Of a stretch of 35,723 bases of DNA, positions 1 to 9,267 are shown piece by piece (the first letter of the stretch is position 1; the number at the start of each line of letters is the position of its first letter). The notes under the pieces were generated by a model. That model had not been told where the DNA came from. It made no database searches and saw only the letters and a list, made by a program, of their open reading frames with translations. The position numbers and the translations under genes were made by a program. The stretch lies in sequence record SRR31156797_4237. One strand, 5' to 3'.

Positions 1-19
1 CCGCTCTCAAACTCTAACC

Positions 20-1060
20 TTATTCGTTATACCAATCCATCGAAGCACTCATTTCTTTAATCGAGCCAGCGTCATTAACAGCTTCTCCAAACCACCTGTT
101 AAGATTTTCTTGATTCATATGACCATCAGTACCTATCACGTTATAATCATTAAATTTCTTCGTAATACCGCTTAAATAAGCAGTGCTTGAACCTGATTTC
201 TTTTGGGTTTCATTCCACTTGAATTTATCCCAAGCGAATTCTTCTCCCCACTTCTTTTTGTTCCATTTGAACTCTGATTTAGCTTGTTCAAATTGTTTCT
301 GACTTAATTCATAATTGGCTGCGAATTGTCTCTCAGCTTGTCCATAGGAACGGTCGCTTTCAAAAACACTTCGAGCAAATTGTCTCTCAGTATTAAGTTG
401 TTGCTGTTGAGTATTAAGGACATTAAATCCAAAGTTTCTCTCGTTTTGGAATCGGTTATAAGCAGAGCTTTCCTGATTATACAAAGCGTCTTGAATGTAT
501 TGAGTTTGTTCAGCACTCAAACCAGCCTGTTGAGCCAAGAATCCAAAGTTGGATGCTTGAGCTTGAAGGTCTTGCATTCCTAGAGTTCGAGCCTCTTGAG
601 TTCTGATGTCCTGCTCATTTCTGATAGCTCCGCCTGAAAAATGTGCCCCCCTACGATTAATAGCCTCGACTTCCTGTTGCATTCGTTTGGCAAAATCTTC
701 TTTGGTTTGAACCTTAGTCTGTTCGGCTTGCACGTTTGAAAGCTGTCGCAAGGCTTCCAGTTGAGCTTTTTGAGGACCATAAATAGATTCAGCTGTTTTC
801 TGAATCCCTGGAAGATATTGATTGGGGTCAAATTGATATTTCTGGGAAGTGAGTTGGTTTAATCCAGAGGTAATTTGATTTTGTCTTTGGTCATAAGGGC
901 TTGGAGTCGAACCAATGATTGATTGATATTCATTCGGGTTAACATTATTTCCGTATTGTCCACCACTCATAAGCTGACCTACATTGTAGCCTTTTGATGT
1001 TAATAATCCTTCATAAGTGCCTTTTTGGTATCCATGTTTTTCGTAAAATGATTTTCCCAT
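20..1060 (-). CDS. Putative internal virion (DNA ejection) protein, Q/E-rich coiled coil
   Basis: 346 aa, helical and Q/A/E-rich, located after the tail genes where podoviral ejection proteins usually sit; positional inference only. Confidence 0.55.
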   Translation of the reverse strand: MGKSFYEKHGYQKGTYEGLLTSKGYNVGQLMSGGQYGNNVNPNEYQSIIGSTPSPYDQRQNQITSGLNQLTSQKYQFDPNQYLPGIQKTAESIYGPQKAQLEALRQLSNVQAEQTKVQTKEDFAKRMQQEVEAINRRGAHFSGGAIRNEQDIRTQEARTLGMQDLQAQASNFGFLAQQAGLSAEQTQYIQDALYNQESSAYNRFQNERNFGFNVLNTQQQQLNTERQFARSVFESDRSYGQAERQFAANYELSQKQFEQAKSEFKWNKKKWGEEFAWDKFKWNETQKKSGSSTAYLSGITKKFNDYNVIGTDGHMNQENLNRWFGEAVNDAGSIKEMSASMDWYNE

Positions 1061-1064
1061 ATAT

Positions 1065-1259
1065 TTAATTTAAGTCGCTCCAAGATGAATTTATATACAT
1101 CTGGGCTTTATTAGTTGTTGTATTTAAAATTATTTGTCCTTCTTGAGGGTTAGTGATGGTGTCTCTGTCGGTAGTGGTAAAACGAGGTGCTTGAAAACGG
1201 GTAAGAATTTCTTCCATTCGAGCTTTGTAACTTTGTTTTTTAAGTAAGTTTTCTAGCAT
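1065..1259 (-). CDS. Small virion-associated protein
   Basis: 64 aa; PRFTTTDRDTITNPQEGQIILNTTTNKAQMY resembles a module common in phage fibre proteins. Confidence 0.5.
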   Translation of the reverse strand: MLENLLKKQSYKARMEEILTRFQAPRFTTTDRDTITNPQEGQIILNTTTNKAQMYINSSWSDLN

Positions 1260-1314
1260 TTACTGCCTATCTTAATACTTTTATCTGTCTTTCTTTTTGG
1301 TCTTAAATTGTTGT

Positions 1315-1932
1315 TTACACTATTGGCTCCCACCATCCTATTACAGTTGCTCTTGCTTCTGAAATGGCTGAACCATTGCCATCGTTTACTTTATACTCAA
1401 TAACTTGGCTTGAATCACATTTGATAACAAGGTCTAAGGAGTGTATTTGGTCAGCAACACTGACTCTATTAATAGATATTTCCAGCCCCTCTGTTCCGCC
1501 TCCTTCTCCATTTTCTCTAAAGCCAATATATGATGTTACTGTGTCATCTTTTACTCTAGTTCTTAACAATACAGCCGTTGCGGTGGTGCCAACTATTGAT
1601 TGCAAGTCCCAGTCTGCCCAATCGCTTTCTGTCCCGTCTGCATCTAAATCTTCGTCGGCAGGGGTTTCTCTGACAACAAACTTATTAACTCCAGTTAATA
1701 GAGTATCGACATAAGCCTTAGTAGCTCCGTCTGTGGTAGCGGTTGGAGTAGCAAGGTTGGTTATCTTAAATCCGCCTAAAGATTGATTAGCGGTAAAAGC
1801 AACAGAACCGTCTCTATGAATAGCGGTATTAAGGTCTGTTTCGATTAAACTTAAATCATTTTTAATTGTTGTTGCTGATGGTTTATTAGAATCAGAATAA
1901 GTAGAATCTGGAAATGATAATGATACACTCAT
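1315..1932 (-). CDS. Tail fibre/spike-like structural protein
   Basis: 205 aa; DGSVAFTANQSLGGFKITNLATPTATTDGATKAYVD is a trimeric fibre neck-type motif. Confidence 0.6.
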   Translation of the reverse strand: MSVSLSFPDSTYSDSNKPSATTIKNDLSLIETDLNTAIHRDGSVAFTANQSLGGFKITNLATPTATTDGATKAYVDTLLTGVNKFVVRETPADEDLDADGTESDWADWDLQSIVGTTATAVLLRTRVKDDTVTSYIGFRENGEGGGTEGLEISINRVSVADQIHSLDLVIKCDSSQVIEYKVNDGNGSAISEARATVIGWWEPIV

Positions 1933-1936
1933 AATT

Positions 1937-3505
1937 TTATCTGAAGTTCGATTTTTGCAAGAGCTTATAAGCTAGTCCAAAAAACGTAACGTCGTTTATT
2001 TGATTAGTTGTTATTTTAAATTGAATTCCTCTAATATTTGGTTGGGTTTCAAGGTCTTGAAAAACTTGGGAAACTGCTTGAGCAGAAAAACCATATCCTT
2101 CTGAAAATTCTCCCGAATCTCCATCGTCATATTCTATATCTAATGAAGATGCCTCAACTGATTTCGCAACTTCAATCCATTGAGCTAAAGGGTCAAACCT
2201 GTAAGCTAAGGTAAATTCGGTGTCTTGTTCTGCGATTAAGTTTATGAAAAACTTTGTATATCGCTTTAAATAGAAAGGTCTTTTTTCGTTAAAAAATTTA
2301 GTCGTGAAGTATGCGGATTGAGCTGAACCATCTAAACCTTGAGTTACTCCGTCATTATGGTCATCATTTATATAAGCGAACACTCCTGGGACTGCTGCGG
2401 GGCTTCCTTCTGCTGTGGTTCGTGAATCTCCGAAATACAATCTTTTTCGACGAACATTTGAAACCTCTCGGTCTTCGTTTATGTAACAGCCAATATATCT
2501 GACGTTTCGAGTTATCAAATAAGGGTTAGTCTGTTTGCCGGTTGGATTATTTCTGTCAACTACAAATTCTTGAGAATTGTAGGAATCTGAACCATTTGGA
2601 CACCCCAAGCGGTATTTATGATTGAAATATGAAGCACACATATAAGCGGTTGTTCCCCAAGCCATTCTCCCTGTTCTTTTAATGTTGCCTGAAATTTTGC
2701 GTGCTACTCCTCCGCTAAATTCGTAAATTCCATCAAAACCAGTCCACATAGCAGAGTTTTCAGTAGCTACGGCGGTATTAGGACAAATAGGGCTTTCTCC
2801 GATAGGGTCAACGGCTATCATATCCATTGTGATGTCGGAAATTTCATAGAATCGAGAAGTCTTAAATAAAAGCATTCCTCCCGTTGGGGTTTTGACTGCG
2901 TCAACGATATCCTGTCCATCATTCTTTCCAATAAACTGAAAACTAGAAGCTCCTACGGTTAGAGGGTCGTTTATGTCACACCAGTCTGCTCTTGAAGGTG
3001 CTGAAGGTTGAGCTAGAAAGATAAGTCTGTTTAATCCATTATTGAAAACTACTTTTGACTTTGGTAATCCTGATTGTGAAGTCCAAGTTATTCCATCCGT
3101 CGAACTCATTACCGTGTCCGTTCCGTTTGTCCAAATTATTATGTCGTTTAACATTTCCATTCGGCAAGGAATCTGCGTTAGAGTTATTGTGGTAGCTGGG
3201 CTTCCCTCTGTCGGAAGGGTACATTCAGTCCAAGATCCCGTTCCGTCGTCATATTCTAAGGTGCCCTGGCGTTGTCTAATTAGTCGGTTTGTTCCATCAG
3301 AAAATTTGGCGTGGAAACCTCCCCAGTAAGGACCGGCGTTAGTCGAGTTATCGTATCCAACATAACCTCCAGCGGTTCTGATTTTCTTTTGGTCAACTTC
3401 AAAATTCTCACAATCAGCCATTTCATTGTTCTCAATTTCAGAAGCATCATCGTTGTCATTCATTCCGCCTGATAAATGTTGTATATATCTTAATTTGTAT
3501 CCCAT
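1937..3505 (-). CDS. Tail nozzle / head-stabilisation protein (P22 gp10 or tail tubular B-like beta-propeller)
   Basis: 522 aa, beta-rich, N-terminal GGMND...ENF motif, follows the adaptor gene. Confidence 0.65.
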   Translation of the reverse strand: MGYKLRYIQHLSGGMNDNDDASEIENNEMADCENFEVDQKKIRTAGGYVGYDNSTNAGPYWGGFHAKFSDGTNRLIRQRQGTLEYDDGTGSWTECTLPTEGSPATTITLTQIPCRMEMLNDIIIWTNGTDTVMSSTDGITWTSQSGLPKSKVVFNNGLNRLIFLAQPSAPSRADWCDINDPLTVGASSFQFIGKNDGQDIVDAVKTPTGGMLLFKTSRFYEISDITMDMIAVDPIGESPICPNTAVATENSAMWTGFDGIYEFSGGVARKISGNIKRTGRMAWGTTAYMCASYFNHKYRLGCPNGSDSYNSQEFVVDRNNPTGKQTNPYLITRNVRYIGCYINEDREVSNVRRKRLYFGDSRTTAEGSPAAVPGVFAYINDDHNDGVTQGLDGSAQSAYFTTKFFNEKRPFYLKRYTKFFINLIAEQDTEFTLAYRFDPLAQWIEVAKSVEASSLDIEYDDGDSGEFSEGYGFSAQAVSQVFQDLETQPNIRGIQFKITTNQINDVTFFGLAYKLLQKSNFR

Positions 3506-4143
3506 TATCTTAGTGGATTAATTTTTCTTCGATTAAATAGTGTTGGTCGTAAAGTCTTTGTTCGGGTTGAAAGGTCTAAGATCATCTTTCGTAAAGCGGA
3601 TTGGTATCTTCCGAAATAATCTTTTGCTCCCTTAGGGTCTTTCTCGTAGTCTAAAAATCTTGAAATAGACCCTAAAATGACAACATTTTCAAATCGGTCT
3701 GGAATCACACTCGTTACTGTCGAACCAGAAAGAACAGTAGGTTCAGCTACTCCTTCAACTCTGATTGTTCCTGCTGAACTTGGAGCGGGGCTTAATTCGA
3801 TATTAGAACCGTTTGGATACCAGCGAGACGGCGTACCGTCGCTGTCGTTAATGTGTAAACTCAAAAACTCATCTCTCGTAATTTGAGTGAGTAAATCCCA
3901 ATTACCACTATTCGAATTGTGAACAGCAAGAATTTCTTGGTAGGTATTAGTTGGGGTATTAGAAGAAGTACCGCTTACTGTGGTAATCTGTTCTGAAGTC
4001 GTGCCTGAAATATAGCGTGCAGTTTTTAAAAGAATTTCTTGGTAGGTATCTTTTATATTTTGGTCAATTACTGAGGCTGCTCTGTCTGAATAGTCATCAA
4101 CTTCATCTTGAACCTGTTTACGATAATTTGTTAAGTCTGCCAT
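3505..4143 (-). CDS. Head-tail adaptor (tail tubular A-like)
   Basis: 212 aa; GTPSRWY...IELSPAP...IPDRF pattern typical of podoviral adaptors; TAATG-coupled to both neighbours. Confidence 0.65.
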   Translation of the reverse strand: MADLTNYRKQVQDEVDDYSDRAASVIDQNIKDTYQEILLKTARYISGTTSEQITTVSGTSSNTPTNTYQEILAVHNSNSGNWDLLTQITRDEFLSLHINDSDGTPSRWYPNGSNIELSPAPSSAGTIRVEGVAEPTVLSGSTVTSVIPDRFENVVILGSISRFLDYEKDPKGAKDYFGRYQSALRKMILDLSTRTKTLRPTLFNRRKINPLR

Positions 4144-4388
4144 TAATTTTGATTATGTTTATAAAATTCCTCCTGCTTTTGGAGTTTTTCTCTTAATTCT
4201 CTGTTATAGGATGTGTTTAGAGGTTTTTCTATATTACCAGCGTGATAGCCTTGTCGGTCATTAACCTCTTTTTTAACTTGTTCTAAAGTAGCCTTACCTC
4301 TTGAGATAAGTCGTTCCCCACATCGAGGGCAAGTTGTAACTGGTTTATTAGTTACGTAACATTTTTTTGGGCATTCAAATATGTTCAT
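4143..4388 (-). CDS. Small zinc-ribbon protein
   Basis: 81 aa with CPKKC and CPRC. Confidence 0.6.
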   Translation of the reverse strand: MNIFECPKKCYVTNKPVTTCPRCGERLISRGKATLEQVKKEVNDRQGYHAGNIEKPLNTSYNRELREKLQKQEEFYKHNQN

Positions 4389-4398
4389 ATTAATCTAA

Positions 4399-4420
4399 GG
4401 AGGCGGTTCTCACCGCCTCC
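4399..4420 (-). terminator. GC-rich hairpin after the capsid gene (weak terminator or stabiliser)
   Basis: GGAGGCGGT-GAGA-ACCGCCTCC, 9-bp stem with GNRA loop and only a short U tail. Confidence 0.55.
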
Positions 4421-4428
4421 AATTAGGA

Positions 4429-6080
4429 TTATGACTGTCTTAAAACACGAACACCGTGGTCTCCTCTACCTAATGAAGTACCAAATAAGGCACGAACATT
4501 ACATAGTTGACCTTGGAGGTCGATAGTAACACCGTCACCAGGTTTTGATTCCTGGACTTCAGGTCTAAATTGATATGCTTGGAAGATAGCTTCCTTGTGA
4601 GCATATATATTCGTTACAGCGTTGATTGCAGGGGAACCTGTAGAACCAGAAGGTGTATTAGTTGTACTAATTACAGGGCTTTGCAATAAAGCTTTGCCTT
4701 GATAACCTCTGATTACAGTCTTTTCAGCTGCAAAATCCATAGAAGTAAAGTAGTTACCGCTTAGGGTTATCATATCGTGGATAGCCCAAGGGTTTAAGAA
4801 CCACATTCTTTCTTCACTAGGAACGTTATTATCGTTCAATCTAGTATATGCTTCAGAAAGGTCTTTAAGCGTTATAGTGGTTCCACCGTTATTTACTGCT
4901 TGAGTTGTAAAACTTGAAGAATGAGCAAGAATTTGAGTATCAATCGCTTTTGCAATAGCATAAGAAGCTTTCTTATATCGTTCAGCTTTTGCAAGATACT
5001 TACTCTGTTTAGCCAATTTGTCAGAAATGACAAAAGGATTTACTTTGTAATCATCTAAATCAATAGTTGTCTCGCTTTCAGTGTCAGCTTGTAGCTTATC
5101 AGTCAATCTTTGACCTTCAGTAAAGCTGGCAGGTGTTTGCTCAATTAAGTTTTGGGGTATGTGAATTTTATCACCAGCGTCGTTTACATACTGAGAAAAA
5201 TCCATGAAGAATTTTCCAGCTTGTAAATGTGCATCTCTGTGTTCGATTATGAAATCTCCCCAACAATAATCTATTACTTTTATGACCATTAAAAAATGGC
5301 GGGGAGACACTTCGGTACTCCCTCTTATGGTTGATTTCCCATAAGTTTAGACTGTCGCTTCACCCTCGCCTTACACGTTAGGGGCATTCTCACTCAGTCG
5401 TTGCTAGTCCTCTTTGGTTTAATTTTTTCATTTTTAGATAGTATTCACGTCTTTGTTTTTCTGTTAATGCGGTTTGTCTGTAAAAGCCACATTTGTCAAT
5501 AAAGTCTATGACGATATTAGCACGTTTACGCTTTACTACTAAATAAGGTTGAACTTTTAATAAAAGTGATTTAACAAGTTTTCTATTCCTTATAGTCCAC
5601 ATTTTCGCTGGTTTATTATTTGGTTTGTTTTTGAATCTTATTTTATCGAAATGTCCTCCATATTCAGATTTCAAAAAATCTAAAATCTCAAAGTTTGTAT
5701 TTGCAACCTTAATACATGGGACAAGGAATAGTCTATTATCTCCATTTTTATTATATCTTTTAATTAAACCTACATATCCATCTGCGTCCAAGAAGCCTGC
5801 TGTGAAAGCATACTTTTCTTTTGTTGTCATTTTTTTTATTATAATTATTATATAATAATGATACCATACAGTTGGACACTGTCAAGAGGTTCTAGTGGGT
5901 CGGCATCTCAGCTTTTCCCAATTAATAAGAGAATGTTTTTAATGTACGTTTTGATGATTTGTTGAAATTTCAGCTATTACTAGCCGATATATATTTCTAT
6001 ATACGGAAACATGGGTAGTTTATTTCGGGAATTTCAACAGCACCAGAGATGGCTGTATTCATATCTGTAATACTTGCCAT
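4429..6080 (-). CDS. Major capsid protein, spliced: join(6080..6022, 5263..4429), 297 aa
   Basis: Exon 1 MASITDMNTAISGAVEIPE+AT joins exon 2 T+TGG to give IPEIWGDFIIEHRD, matching the IPE-x-W N-terminal motif of P22/N4-like coat proteins. GDKIHIP and YAIAKAIDTQIL motifs follow. Lies directly after the scaffold gene. Confidence 0.85.
5390..5830 (-). CDS. Intron-encoded single-motif LAGLIDADG homing endonuclease
   Basis: YAFTAGFLDADGYV motif; C-terminus ATTE* overlaps the P7 strand, as is usual for intron-borne endonucleases. Confidence 0.9.
   Translation of the reverse strand: MTTKEKYAFTAGFLDADGYVGLIKRYNKNGDNRLFLVPCIKVANTNFEILDFLKSEYGGHFDKIRFKNKPNNKPAKMWTIRNRKLVKSLLLKVQPYLVVKRKRANIVIDFIDKCGFYRQTALTEKQRREYYLKMKKLNQRGLATTE
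5858..5885 (-). promoter_or_regulatory. Putative intron-internal sigma70 promoter for the endonuclease
   Basis: TTGACA-16 nt-TATCAT with a TGn extension, 28 nt upstream of the ATG at 5830. Confidence 0.5.
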
Positions 6081-6099
6081 AGGAGTTTATACTGCACCC

Positions 6100-6780
6100 C
6101 TACGCCTTGTGAGTATTTAATGCAGTTTGTAATTCTTTTGCATCTTCTAACTCTGTATTGCCTTCTCTAATATCTTTTAAAGATGGTCTAGAAGGTTTTA
6201 CTGTCGGCTCAGGAGTAGCAGTGTTTTTAATCTGCTTAATTTTTTTAACTGGTTCCTGATTTTCTTCTGATACCATTTCATCAAAGAGTCTAGTTTTGAC
6301 CTTCATATCAGCCATTTCAGCTGTTAATGAAGGGTCAGATTCCATTTCTTGACGAACTAAATCAACTCGGTCTTTGAAAGATGGGTCTGTCAACATCTTA
6401 TCGTGTAGATAAGTTTTAGCCTCCATATCATAGAAGCGTTTGTTGATGTCATCAGTTGAATCAGGCTCACTCACTTGCGGTTTCTGAGTTTCGGTTTTAG
6501 CCTCAGTCTCAACTTTAGCTAAAGTTTTTTTCTCTTCTTGGAGTTTTTTAACTTTCTCCCGCTCTTTTTGAAGAGCCCGCTTGTAGTTTTCTTTTTCGAT
6601 AGCGTCTTGCGATACCGCAGGTTCAGTCTCTTGGACTTCCTCTGAATCAGCCTCCTGAGTTTTTACGTCCTCTTCGACGGGTTGAGTTTCCTCAACGGAT
6701 ACCTGCTCTTTTTCTTCGGTTGACGATTCCTTAGTAGCTTGGCTTGCTTCGGGTTTAACGTCCTTGTTTTCTTCTGACAT
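6100..6780 (-). CDS. Capsid scaffolding protein
   Basis: 226 aa, acidic low-complexity N-terminus followed by coiled coil ALQKEREKVKKLQEE; between portal and capsid. Confidence 0.75.
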   Translation of the reverse strand: MSEENKDVKPEASQATKESSTEEKEQVSVEETQPVEEDVKTQEADSEEVQETEPAVSQDAIEKENYKRALQKEREKVKKLQEEKKTLAKVETEAKTETQKPQVSEPDSTDDINKRFYDMEAKTYLHDKMLTDPSFKDRVDLVRQEMESDPSLTAEMADMKVKTRLFDEMVSEENQEPVKKIKQIKNTATPEPTVKPSRPSLKDIREGNTELEDAKELQTALNTHKA

Positions 6781-6831
6781 TTTTTTACGATTATTGATTA
6801 TACGAGGTTAAAGTTCCTCGATTATGTCTTA

Positions 6832-7014
6832 TTAAAAATTCTCTGTTGTATAAATTTCCTTTTTTTCTTTCCTATTTTTCATTCGGTATTTAACTTTTAA
6901 CTTTCTACCATTATGACCAATGTATTTATTCAAGAGTTCAACTGGGTCTGTTTTGCTGAGACGTTTAGCTCTTTCATAAACTTCTGATTGTTTTTCTAAA
7001 ATTGATTCGGTCAT
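6832..7014 (-). CDS. Hypothetical protein
   Basis: 60 aa, ATGA-coupled to the upstream ORF. Confidence 0.5.
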   Translation of the reverse strand: MTESILEKQSEVYERAKRLSKTDPVELLNKYIGHNGRKLKVKYRMKNRKEKKEIYTTENF

Positions 7015-7214
7015 TTTTCTTCGTTATAAATTTCTTTAATAAATTCAGACTTTATGGTTGGTAAAATTTTCTCCATTGCAATTATCTGCCTAGCTATGGT
7101 TAAAATTTCTTTGTCTGTTTTTGCAACACACATTCGTTTTATCAAATCACTATGGTCAACCTTGCTCTCAAGAATCTTGATGTATTTATTGTTGCGGATT
7201 TTGTCCTTGTTCAT
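7011..7214 (-). CDS. Hypothetical protein
   Basis: 67 aa, overlaps the end of the portal gene, a common arrangement in this phage type. Confidence 0.55.
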   Translation of the reverse strand: MNKDKIRNNKYIKILESKVDHSDLIKRMCVAKTDKEILTIARQIIAMEKILPTIKSEFIKEIYNEEK

Positions 7215-9258
7215 TTTGAGTTATTTGTGACGGTTGCCCAGGCGTCTTATTAAGGGCTTCAGGTGGCAGTCCTTGACCCACCTGCATTGTTTGTGAAAAA
7301 GGAGGCACTGCTCCACCTGCCATTTCAGCGTGATTATTTTGGTGTTCAATTAACATCTGCATTTCCTCAACTAAGCGAGGTTCTTCATTTTCACCCATTG
7401 CATCGAGGTCTCTTTGTCGAAATTCAATCTCAGCTTTATGAAGTTTCATATGTACAATGTGATTATCACTCGCTAAAACTCTGGCAGTCATTGGGTTCAC
7501 GTTTTCGCTCTTAGCGTCTTCAAGTTGAGCCATATCTCCTTCTACAGATTCCTTTTCTCGTTCAGCTAATGAAGGAATAAAGGTTTCAACATCTTTTTCA
7601 AGTAATCCTTGTTCGATTAGTTTTTCCCAAATAGGCTCTTTATTAATCGGTACTGGGTTAGGGCTTTTTTCTTCTTCGTAAACTTGATTTAAAAGAAGAG
7701 TCCATTTTTGAATTTCATCACTTTGAATTACATCTGCGGTGCTTCCTGAAACAATCATAATATCTTTAACCGCTTCTATATCTTTGAATTTAGCTTTCTT
7801 TTCTAGGTATTGTCCTTTACGTCCTACAATTCGATAAATGATTTCTTTTTGTTCAGCTAGGTACTGTTGGTTGTACCAAAGAGACATTTTTCCCATTGGA
7901 TTAAGAACTTGTTTTTCAAGTGCTTTCAGGATTTCTGAAAGCCTAAGATTAGATTCTTGAGTTTTGATTTTAATCTCTCCAAGCGTTTTTGCTCCTTTGA
8001 GTTGGTCTGAACCAGTCTGAAAATCTGTAACACCTGTGATATTTTGTTTAGCTCTCTGTAGGTAGTCGGTTACAAAATTCACGCTATCCATTCTAGGCGT
8101 AGGAGTTGGAAGTGGATTGACACTTTCCCCCAATTTGTTGACTGGAATTAAGACTCTAGGCTTGTATTCAAGAGAATCAATATCAAGTACATTTGATGGA
8201 TTATATTCCATCGGCTTAGTAATGTCAGTCCATAGAGCCTCTGCCGCCATATTTAGTGAATCTTCTTCGGCGTCTAAAACTCCTGTGCTTGGTTCGATAA
8301 GCCCAAATCCATAGAATTTTCCTAATCGGTCAATCGGTCGGAAAATACCCATAGGGGTAAATTGTTTATCAAGGGGGTTCTTTTCAAAAAGAATTGTGGT
8401 GGGGTCTACTCCTTCGGCATATGCCATCGCTATCATATAGCTTTCAGTTACTCCGTTTTCATTAATCCACGTAATATAGAGTTCAGCTACATTAACTCGT
8501 TGATTTTCAACAACGTATTGTTCTGTAACCATTCCATCTCGTTTTTCTATCTCGTCTTTAACTTTATCAGTAGCTCGAAGATTCTTAACCACCCCTTTAA
8601 CGTCATATCCTTCAGTTCTCAATTCCTTAACCAGTCGGTTAGTTCGGTGTCCAAACACTCTACAATCTTTTACTTCTTCTGATTCTATCGACCAAATAAG
8701 GTCGTGGGGTTTGATTGGGATTAACTCATAATTAGCAACGGTCTGTTCCTTGTCCTCTTTGATGGTTCTTCCTAATTTAACTTTGTCGGCAATATTAACT
8801 AGAACTGGGTTTGTAACCTTTTTCCCAAAAACTTCTTTAGCCTTTTCTTTGACTAAGGTCTTTTCCTCTTTCCAACCCATTTTCCAACCGGCTAACCCAC
8901 AAGCTAAACCCCAACGGGCGATCTTTTTAACAGTCTCTCTACCGTCTGCCTCTTCCCATTGGTATTTTGCAAATTCATCATAAACTTCAGTAGATTTGCC
9001 ATCGTCGTTTTCACGTCCTAGATATTTATAGCGAGGATTATTTGACATCAATCTAGGAATTGAGTTTTCAACTAAGGAAAAAGCACCTCCTAAAGTGATT
9101 TTAGATTCTGTGTCTTCTGATATTGAATCAGCTCTTAGTTTATTTTCGTAGCGGTCTATTAATCCGTTCCATCTCTTTTTAAGTGGCGTGTATTTTTTTT
9201 TGTGGGCTTCAATCGTCTCTGTTGCTAGAGCTTCAATCTTTGCTTTAATTTGCTTCAT
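7186..9258 (-). CDS. Portal protein (P22-like)
   Basis: 690 aa after terL; FYGFGLIE and ITGVTDFQTG...KTLGEI motifs; DNHIVHMKLH and Q/P-rich tail. Confidence 0.8.
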   Translation of the reverse strand: MKQIKAKIEALATETIEAHKKKYTPLKKRWNGLIDRYENKLRADSISEDTESKITLGGAFSLVENSIPRLMSNNPRYKYLGRENDDGKSTEVYDEFAKYQWEEADGRETVKKIARWGLACGLAGWKMGWKEEKTLVKEKAKEVFGKKVTNPVLVNIADKVKLGRTIKEDKEQTVANYELIPIKPHDLIWSIESEEVKDCRVFGHRTNRLVKELRTEGYDVKGVVKNLRATDKVKDEIEKRDGMVTEQYVVENQRVNVAELYITWINENGVTESYMIAMAYAEGVDPTTILFEKNPLDKQFTPMGIFRPIDRLGKFYGFGLIEPSTGVLDAEEDSLNMAAEALWTDITKPMEYNPSNVLDIDSLEYKPRVLIPVNKLGESVNPLPTPTPRMDSVNFVTDYLQRAKQNITGVTDFQTGSDQLKGAKTLGEIKIKTQESNLRLSEILKALEKQVLNPMGKMSLWYNQQYLAEQKEIIYRIVGRKGQYLEKKAKFKDIEAVKDIMIVSGSTADVIQSDEIQKWTLLLNQVYEEEKSPNPVPINKEPIWEKLIEQGLLEKDVETFIPSLAEREKESVEGDMAQLEDAKSENVNPMTARVLASDNHIVHMKLHKAEIEFRQRDLDAMGENEEPRLVEEMQMLIEHQNNHAEMAGGAVPPFSQTMQVGQGLPPEALNKTPGQPSQITQNEQGQNPQQ

Positions 9259-9267
9259 TAAAATTTA

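Larger units (their letters stand above)
5264..6021 (-). ncRNA. Group I self-splicing intron (758 nt) in the capsid gene
   Basis: 5' exon ends in U and pairs GAAAU/GUUUC with a U-G wobble (P1); CCCA/UGGG (P10); P3 CAUUCUC (5935-5929)/GAGAAUG (5391-5385); P7 GACUG/CAGUC within GCAACGACUG and GAAGCGACAGUCU; terminal G at 5264; splicing restores the frame. Confidence 0.88.

Noticed and set aside
5264-5310. ORF-track start of the capsid (MSPRHFLMVIKVIDYC)
   Set aside because: These codons lie in the 3' end of the group I intron; the true N-terminus is exon 1 at 6080.
6803-6820. CGAGG/CCTCG hairpin before the scaffold gene
   Set aside because: A 5-bp stem is too short to support a functional claim.
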